Below, piece by piece: positions 1 through 8,700 of a stretch of 20,000 nucleotides of DNA. Position 1 is the stretch's first letter; each line of letters starts with the position of its first letter. The position numbers and the translations under genes were made by a program. The notes under the pieces were generated by a model that saw only the letters and a program-made list of their open reading frames with translations, was not told where the DNA came from and searched no databases. The stretch is from IMG/VR virus record IMGVR_UViG_3300020438_000025; one strand, written 5' to 3'. The stretch comes from an uncultured virus (IMG/VR IMGVR_UViG_3300020438_000025). Its lineage: Duplodnaviria; Heunggongvirae; Uroviricota; Caudoviricetes.

Positions 1-2
1 TT

Positions 3-1316
3 AAAGATAATTCAGAATTAAAATTATTAAATGCTCCAAAGATAACAATCTATATAACAACTTTAGAACTAGATAGAGATAGATTGAGTGATAGTTCATT
101 TATAAGTAAGGTCAACATACGTGAACGTGCATACGATAGTACAAACAAGGAATATTTAAATCATCAAGGAAAAAATTATACAATAGAAAGGCTAATGCCA
201 ACACCATATAATTTATCAGTTAATGCGGATATATGGACTACTAATACAGAACAAAAATTACAAATTCTAGAACAAATATTGATGCTTTTTAATCCTAGCT
301 TAGAAATACAAACTACTGATAATTATATTGATTGGACTAGTTTAAGTGTAGTAAATTTAGAAAATATCAATTTCAGTAGTAGATCTATAGGTTCAAGTAC
401 TGAAGATGAAATAGATATTGCAACTATAGGATTTTCTACCCCAATATATATCTCACCTCCATCGAAAGTAAAAAAATTAGGTGTTGTACATACAGTGATT
501 ACGAGCATTTTTAATGAACAACAAGGCAATGTAGATCTAAACGTAACTATGCCTGAACTATTAGCTTTTTCAGATTCAAATCGATTTGGTTCAGATGCTG
601 TTGCTAGGACTATTATTGACGAGGATGGAAACAGTAAAATAGTTTATGATGACCTAAAAGGATCGAGTCCAGATGCAGATGCAAGTATTGTTACAACTTA
701 TAATAATTATGATTTATTAGTGTTAAATAATACTTTGAAATTGATAGATAACGATAACGCCGGCACTATTACATGGGATGAGTATATTAAAGCATATCCA
801 AATCTATTTCAATCTGGAATTTCACAAATAAGATTATTTAGGAATGACATAGGTAGTGAAGTAATTGGTACTGTGTCTGTAAATCCATTAGATCCGTTTA
901 GTATGGCAGTCAACTGGGATATAGATACATTACCTAGTGACACTATAATATCCGGGCCAACTGGAGATAAAACTAAGATCGATTATATCATTGATCCAAG
1001 TAAAACCAATCCTACAAATTTAAAACAAGTTGGTTTAAGATTATTACTATTGAATTCTACTATTGGATCATCTACTAATACAGATGGTGCTGATGCATGG
1101 AAGAATGCAAATGGTACTGACTTTGTTGCTGGTGTAAATGATATTGTTGAGTGGAGTGGCACAGCGTGGAGTGTGGTGTTTGATGCAAGTCAATCTACAA
1201 CAACTACATATACTACAAACTTAAATACAGGTATACAGTACAAATACGTTTCTAATGAATGGATTCTTAGTTACGAAGGCGAATATCCGCATGGAAGCTG
1301 GCGTATTAAATTTTAA
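3..1316 (+). CDS. T4 gp15-like tail terminator / tail sheath stabilizer with long C-terminal extension (5'-truncated by window)
   Basis: The frame is open from nt 3 (KDNSELKLLNAPKITIYITTLELDRDRL...), so TTG at 84 is not the true start. Motifs PKITIYITTLELDRDR and MPTPYNLSVNADIWTTNTEQKLQILEQILMLFNPS resemble the gp15 pattern PxPYN...QIxEQILPxFxP. Confidence 0.75.
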   Translation, partial: KDNSELKLLNAPKITIYITTLELDRDRLSDSSFISKVNIRERAYDSTNKEYLNHQGKNYTIERLMPTPYNLSVNADIWTTNTEQKLQILEQILMLFNPSLEIQTTDNYIDWTSLSVVNLENINFSSRSIGSSTEDEIDIATIGFSTPIYISPPSKVKKLGVVHTVITSIFNEQQGNVDLNVTMPELLAFSDSNRFGSDAVARTIIDEDGNSKIVYDDLKGSSPDADASIVTTYNNYDLLVLNNTLKLIDNDNAGTITWDEYIKAYPNLFQSGISQIRLFRNDIGSEVIGTVSVNPLDPFSMAVNWDIDTLPSDTIISGPTGDKTKIDYIIDPSKTNPTNLKQVGLRLLLLNSTIGSSTNTDGADAWKNANGTDFVAGVNDIVEWSGTAWSVVFDASQSTTTTYTTNLNTGIQYKYVSNEWILSYEGEYPHGSWRIKF

Positions 1317-1338
1317 TTAAAACTATTCAAAATTTCTA

Positions 1339-1782
1339 ATGAAAGAAATAATATGCAGTGGTGCATTAATTTATGCTGTAAATACATGTAAATTTTTATT
1401 TGTTCATCGTACAAAAAGTAAAAACAAGAATCTTTGGGGATTGGTAGGAGGAACAAATTTACGCCATGAAACTCCTTATACAGCTTTAACAAGAGAAATT
1501 ACAGAAGAAGTTGGCGTAATAGAAATAAAAAAATCAGTTCCTTTAGAAACTTTTGTAAGTAATGATCATCATTTTTTATTCCATACATACCTTTGTTTTG
1601 TAGATAAAGAATTTATTCCCAAACTAAATGATGAACACAACGGATATGCTTGGGTAACACTAGGATATTGGCCTAGACCTCTTCACATTGGGCTTCACAA
1701 TACATTAAAAAGTAAAATTAATCAAGTAAAAATACAAACCGTAATAGAATGTATTTCTATCCTTGAGAAAGATAGTAAATGA
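1339..1782 (+). CDS. Nudix hydrolase
   Basis: Intact Nudix box G-x5-E-x7-RE-U-x-EE-x-G-U: G TNLRH E TPYTALT RE I T EE V G V, followed by LNDEHNGYAW. Confidence 0.92.
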   Translation: MKEIICSGALIYAVNTCKFLFVHRTKSKNKNLWGLVGGTNLRHETPYTALTREITEEVGVIEIKKSVPLETFVSNDHHFLFHTYLCFVDKEFIPKLNDEHNGYAWVTLGYWPRPLHIGLHNTLKSKINQVKIQTVIECISILEKDSK

Positions 1783-2120
1783 AAAACGAAAACATAAAAA
1801 AAACAGATTGGGGATATGAACTACATTGGGCAAAGAATGAGAATTATTCGGCAAAAATTTTAGTTTTTGAACAAATTGACAGTAGCGATACTATGTGCTT
1901 CCATGTAAAGACTGATAAAACTTTTTTTATCAACAGTGGTAAATTTACATTACGTTATATTGATACTAATTCCGGTAATCAATTAGATAGAGAATTTAAT
2001 GAAGGTGACACAGTAAATGTACCTCCACTAACACCTTATCAATGGATGTGTAATGTACCAAATAGTAGCATTACAGAAGTAGCTAATCAAGCTAGCGATA
2101 ACGATACATATAAAATATGA
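1779..2120 (+). CDS. Cupin-fold protein (mannose-6-phosphate isomerase type II C-terminal-like), metal site degenerate
   Basis: N-terminal KxxWGYE motif, then AKILVF, FHVKTDKTFFINSG and EGDTVNVPPLTPYQ, which fit cupin motifs 1 and 2. Overlaps the upstream gene by ATGA. Confidence 0.75.
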   Translation: MKNENIKKTDWGYELHWAKNENYSAKILVFEQIDSSDTMCFHVKTDKTFFINSGKFTLRYIDTNSGNQLDREFNEGDTVNVPPLTPYQWMCNVPNSSITEVANQASDNDTYKI

Positions 2121-2725
2121 ACGGGTTTAACATAAAATTTAGTGGTAAATCAGATAATATTACCCAAAAAAATTGTGTAATTGGCTTAGATAGAGATGGC
2201 ACACTAAACAAGTTACCAGAAGATTACGTTAAAAATGCTAATGAATGGATACCAATACCTGGAAGTTTAGAAGCTGTTGCAAAATTGCGGAATAGTGGGT
2301 ATTCTATTGTGATATTAAGTAATCAAGGCGGCATTGAAAAAGGTATTATGACCATCGACGATGTAGAAGCAGTGCACAAAAAAATGTTTTCCTTATTAGG
2401 CCAAGCTGGTTGTGCTAGTATTGATGCTTTATACTATAGTGCAAGTGACAAAAAAAACAATATGTTTGCAAAACCAAATCTTGGAATGTTCAAAAGATGT
2501 GAAAGAGAAAATCCTCATATAACGTTTAAAGGAGGATATTTTGTGGGGGATAGGTTGTGTGACATGAAGGCGGCCTTTAAAGTAGGTGCTACTCCTGTTT
2601 TAGTTAGATCTGGTCATGGTTTAACCACTGAAAAACAAATTACTAAAACATTTAAAAAATTTCACCAATCACAAATTTTAATTTTTAATAATTTACAAGA
2701 TTTTGCAGATGATATTTGTGATTAA
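2117..2725 (+). CDS. gmhB: D,D-heptose 1,7-bisphosphate phosphatase-like HAD IIIA phosphatase (GmhB/HisB-N family)
   Basis: HAD motifs LDRDGTLN, SNQGGI, KPNLGM and VGDRLCD, plus the LVRSGHG tail typical of GmhB. ATGA overlap with the cupin gene. Confidence 0.85.
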   Translation: MNGFNIKFSGKSDNITQKNCVIGLDRDGTLNKLPEDYVKNANEWIPIPGSLEAVAKLRNSGYSIVILSNQGGIEKGIMTIDDVEAVHKKMFSLLGQAGCASIDALYYSASDKKNNMFAKPNLGMFKRCERENPHITFKGGYFVGDRLCDMKAAFKVGATPVLVRSGHGLTTEKQITKTFKKFHQSQILIFNNLQDFADDICD

Positions 2726-5700
2726 ATTTCTTTCCAATTAAGTGTAATATTTGCTATTACTTCTTTTCTAGAAGTTTGGAATCGGTTTGATTCTAATTGT
2801 TTATTGGTATTAATTACTAATATATCAGGTCCATCTGGGTAAGTTCTGTTACTTCCTATAGGAGAATTGAATAATGGTTTACATCCTGATAAATCTAGGT
2901 GTAATTTTTCACCAGGTATAGTAGTGCCTTTGAAAATTGTTTCACCCCCTTTTGCATAAGTTGCAGTACCAGTTTCAAAAATAATTGAAGTATCTGCTGC
3001 AATATTTTGTATAGAATCTTGATTAAATGTAACCTCGTAAAATTCAATATTTTTTAATTTCAATAATTGAACATTTGTAATAATAGTACCTATGGGCCAG
3101 TTGCTATCTGTTTGTGAAATTTTATCTCCAATTTTCCTAGTACCGGTATCCCATGCTGTTTTTAAAAATAATAATTTATTAGTTCTTGTGCCAATATAAT
3201 TGTCATATTCAAATTTAAAAGTTGTTGCAGGCGTAGAAGTATGATCTAGTAATTGTTTCGACAATCCTCTATTATTGGCAGGATCTATACTTTCATAATG
3301 TAGATAGGTATTATCTGAATCTGAGGTGATATATTTTACATAGAATTCTGTAGTTGTGTTAGAAAAAGCATCTGGATTTTGACTGATAATTTTTGCACCT
3401 ACCGGCACAGGGCCTAAGCTCCTTATCTGCGAACTTGCTATTGCAATAGGACTATTTTTAGTTGATTGTGCAGTGGTATAGACAAATCCTGCAGAACCGG
3501 CACCTGTTGTAAGTGTAGCTGCAGCAGTAACTACGGTAACTGTGCTTGCTGTAGTTAAGTTATTCCTCCAATCAATATTTTGAGCAAATGCAATCTGAGA
3601 AACACTTTTTTGAGATCCTTCTGCTACACCATTAAGATTAGTCCAAGAAATTTTACTATCAACTTCTGGATAGTTTGTTGGGTTAAGCATTCCTTCAATT
3701 ACAATACTGCCTGGCAGATCAGGTACTGTTTCAAAATTTATGAAATCAGTTGTATCTGTTGTTAAAGTTATTTCCGTAGTTGCTGTGGCAGATGCTCCTA
3801 ATCTGAACTCAGTGCTGTTAACTATTCTTTTCACATAATATACTGTACCATCAGCTTGTATTCCGCCCATAGACGTTGCAGAAGGACTAACTCCTGAAAA
3901 TTTAATTGGCATGTTTATAGATAAATTATGTGCCACTGAAGCAGTAATATTTCCGTTTGAATTAGTTGCTGTAATTGTACCAGTAATTACTTCTGGGGTT
4001 GGATACAAATCTTTAACTTGTACTTCTATACTATCTAGCTTAATTTTATTATAATTTACTAAATTTCTTTCTCCTATATCACCAACTAAATTATTAGACA
4101 AACTTGGCGCAAGCCGTATCATAAAATTAGAATCCACTGAAGCATCTATTTGCTGAGTAGTGATATTATAGCAAAATTTGTTAGAATTAACTTCGTAATC
4201 TCCATCTACTTGATAATTGCTTGTCCAATGGTTTAGGATTGGATGTGCAGTCTGAGATACAAATCTCACACCAGTCTTAGCTGTATGGGCACTTGCTGTA
4301 CTACCAGTATATGCTCGTAATGATCCTGCATGATAATATTTTAATTTTGCAGCTCTAACACAATTACCTAAGGTATTAGTGGTAGTATTGTTAGACCTAT
4401 ATTCAATTAATTCATTATCTATTAGCAAAACTCCAGTTGAAGGGAAATCTGCAGAATTATTTACAACAACAGACGTTGCACTATTTGTTATAGCGGACGT
4501 TAATTTGGATCTTGGTCCTATATTTATTGACTCATATCTCACAGGCAAATTTGCAGTCCGCATATATACTTGATTTTTAATGTTAGCATTCCTAGTTCTA
4601 TGCACAGTTATATACGTACCGTCTACTCCTTGGATAAGATATTCAACTGATCCACCACCGTTCCAGCTGTATTGCACAGCTATCATTTGTATCTGAGAAA
4701 TATCAACATTATAGCCACTAGGTCCTGTACCGTCAAGTTTATCAATATTGAAATTATTTTGTGTGACCCTATGATCAACAATTTTATAAATTTTTTCATC
4801 TACAAGATCGTTTATTCCTCTCCATTGTGGACTTACAGAAAATTCAGTATCACTGCTTACTGCAGACACAGTATGAGTCATTCCTTTTATTACTACAGAG
4901 TCTCCTGCACAAAGTTGATCTGTAAATTTAGTATTTGTGCCAGTCACTGTGCTGGTTTTTTTATTAATATTAACACTGCCTGTTAATGGATTTGTACTGC
5001 TCCGTAGGGTGGTCACTAATTTATCGCCATCATATTCCCAAAAAACACCATCTTGATCGGTATAAATTCCAGTTCTTACAGATGCTCCATCCCATTTTAC
5101 AACAGTAATTTTTGTTGTAGAATCAATAATTGGTGTAGTAGAACTTAGCGGTCGGATTGCCTTAATTGTAAAAGTTGTATCATCGATTATTTCAATAACT
5201 TTGTAATCAGATTCATTATCTACACCTGTATCTGGTCCACTATCATATCCTTCTGCAGATATTCCAGATATTCTCACAGTGCATCCTTTTTGTAAACCGT
5301 GCATCCTGTTATCAACTGTTACTGTGATAATACTGTCTATTGATGTAGCTTCTGATGTGATATTCCTTACTGAATAGTTTGGAGCAAATAATACTGCTGT
5401 GTTGAAAAACATTGATTTACCTGGTTGATATTTGAAGTAATCTTTTGTTTGCCGTATTGCTTGTGCTCCGTATTCAGGTCCTCCTGTTGAAATTGCTACA
5501 CTGCTTGATTGTGGTATATGTGAAAATGTTGAATTATTTTTAACAAATAATCTACCATTTATAGGATCTCCAAAACTTTTTACTGGCACAATCTGTTGTA
5601 CTTGATATTCGGTTAGATTTGCTCCAGTAACTTGAGAACTACCTCTTTTATATTTTATACCATTAAGCGTATATTCATAATTATTGTTAATCACACCATT

Positions 5701-8700
5701 GTACACTGTGGTGTTTTGAAGTTGATTTACTAATAAAATAGTTTGTCCGTCCCATTTTATTTCTATTTGATTTGTAGTACTTCCTCCAAAATTTACCACA
5801 CTTTCTTTATAAAAATCAGTTGTGTTATTATATCTTGTTGTTGTCTGATCTGGAAAAGTTAAAGATTCGTCTACAGTACCTGTGGTCCTTGCAAAATATT
5901 TGAAGGTTTTATCAGTAGGTACACTATGGATATTTGTAGTTAGCGTTGATAAATCATGTTTATTAGAAGAAGTATGTGATTTTGAAAAATTTACTATGGA
6001 ATTTCCTGGCACTAATCCATGAGGTGTTTCTGTAGTTCCAATAAATGATGTTAATTTATCAAAATTTATCGTGCTTGATGTAGGTAATTCTGTAATTAGA
6101 GATTGACTTGTGGTAAATGTGCTCAAGAAATTTAAAGTTGATCCTGTAGCTACTGCTGAATAAGTTTGATGTAAAGCTGCTGTACTGTTAAGAACTATAT
6201 CACCGCCAGCTGTTATAGATATAACACGGAGTATAAGATCATGAGTTGTACTAGACCCACCTAGATGTGCTCCATTAATCTTTATTTTATTTCCTACAGC
6301 ATAATTTTGTCCACTTCTTTCAGCTATTGCACTATATGCTGTGGCTGTTCTTGTAATAGAAAATTTTGCCCCAGTACCGGTAATCGTGTCATTTATAGTT
6401 GCTACTGTATTATATGAAGTTATTGCAGTTATAGCAGTTCCGCTTTGTACGCTAACTCCTGTCAGCTGTCTTGAAGAATTTACACTGTTTACGGTTAAAA
6501 GTAAATCATTTGCTGGCGTACTACCCATTAAAGATGTGCCTAAAATTTTAATGGCTTGACCGACTGCAAAGTTTGATCCAGTATTTGTAACAATTGGATT
6601 TGTATATGATCCAGCGTTCATTGATACAGTAAATTTACTTCCTGTGCCTGTTAAATTATTTCCTGCTTTTCCAGTGACTGTTGTACCGTTTATACCAGAT
6701 CCTAATGTAGAAAAAGTTAATATTGCACCTGTTGCATCAACTGTACTAACACTGATAGTAAGATTATTTGTGGTATTTTGTCCACCTAGATTAGATCCTT
6801 GAATAATTATAGTGTCTGCTACATTAAAATTATTTGTAGTAGTAAATGATACTGAATAAACTCCTGCTATATTTTGAACAACAAAACTAGAAGCTGTACC
6901 TGAACCACTTGTAGTAAATGCAGGATTAGTAAAAGATACAGAACTATTTGGTGCTACGCCGGTACTTGTGATTGTTGTAATTGCACCCGAGCCATCTACT
7001 CCTGTCACTGTAATTACAAGATCATTTGTATAAGTAACTCCTCCTGTAAAAGAATTGCCAACAATGACTAGTTTGTCATTTACTGTGTATCCGGATCCAT
7101 TTTGATTTACAACTACATTAGTGTACACATTGTCTAAGTATGTCACGTCGAATGTTGCACTAGTACCACTTCCGCCATTTACTATGCCAGAGACTTCCGA
7201 AATAGTAGCACTACCATTAAAAGGAGTTCCGCTAGGAGTCGCTGCAGTGATTCCACCACTTCCATTAATTGTATCAATAATAATAAATAGATCGTTAGCA
7301 GGCGACAAACCTCCTATAGTGGTTCCTAAGATTTTTAATCTATCACCTATAGCATAATCCTGTCCAGCTGTAGATATCGTAATAGTATAACTAGTCCCGC
7401 TTGCTGCTACATTAAAAATTGCTCCAATTCCATTGTGTTGAACATTCGTGCCTTTTATATTTGTATATGTTACTTGATTTCCTGTCAGAGCTGTTGTTAT
7501 AGGAGCAGACAAATTTACATCATTGCCGTCTATAGATTGAACAAATATAGCCTTACCATCACCTCTATCTAGTGCAAGATCAGTAATTATTCCACTGGTG
7601 TCAGAAAATGTAAGTTTAGTGTTACCGATTGCTGCATCATTAGTTAAAACAGGATTAACATAAATACCTCCTGATGAACCAGTTGTTTGTAAACTTGTTA
7701 CTTGTCCAATAACAGTTTTGGGGGTAATAGTTGCGGACACTGAACTACCTGATGCTGTTGCATTTTTTGACAGGGTGATGCTGTAATTAGGTCCAGTAGT
7801 GCCTATTATTTTCACTATTGAGTTTGATGCAATGCCTGTAGCACTCACTTGAGCTCCAACACTGAAATTACTAGTGTCAGTTGTAGTTATGATTGCATTT
7901 CCAGACGTAGTGGTTATAGTGGCACTTAATTGATTTGTTGCATAATAAACATTAGCTGGTGCGCCAAGTGTTGGTGTAGTACCAGTGAATGGATAATGCC
8001 TATTTCCTATAGGTGTTATTAAACTACTGGTGCTAGTAGTTTCTGCTCCTACACTATCAACCGCTATAGTCATATTTTCAAGGTTACCGCCTGTAAAAAA
8101 ATCACTTTTTTTGACAATAGTCTGAGGCACAGCAATATTTAGATAACTGTACAACACTTGCTTTTTTACTTGATGTGATGTTGTTTCAAATGCACTTGCA
8201 GTCACAGTACCAAATAGATATCTATCATTTCCTAATTGATAAAATCCCTGTTGGAAAAAAGTGTCATCATTTGTATCAACAATAACAACGCCATTATATC
8301 TTATTTGCGTATTATAGACTGTCGGCGTGCCAGCTATAATTGTCCTATTCCATTGTGTTTGTCCATTCACATACAAAAACCCACTGTCTGAAACAACAGT
8401 AAAATCTGCGGAATAATTATTTGTGTTAGCAGCTTCAGTATCATTTCCTACTTTATTTTTCGCATAATATGTAAAACTTGTTGTAGAAGGAACACTGTTT
8501 ATAATAAATGTTCCTTCTGCTGCTCCAGTGTTTGTAATTGTGTTTGTAAGATAATTTACATTAACAGCATCACCTACTATTAGATTATGTGGTTTAAGGG
8601 TATTCACTGTAATAAGAGAACTGCCTATCTTATCTGAATTGATACTTACATCAGTAGTAATACTTGTTGTTTTTATTGGAATTTGAGATTTTTCGTATAT

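Noticed and set aside
84..86. ORF-track starts at 84 (TTG) and 19776 (GTG)
   Set aside because: Both frames stay open to the window edges with conserved-looking sequence, so both genes are truncated by the window.
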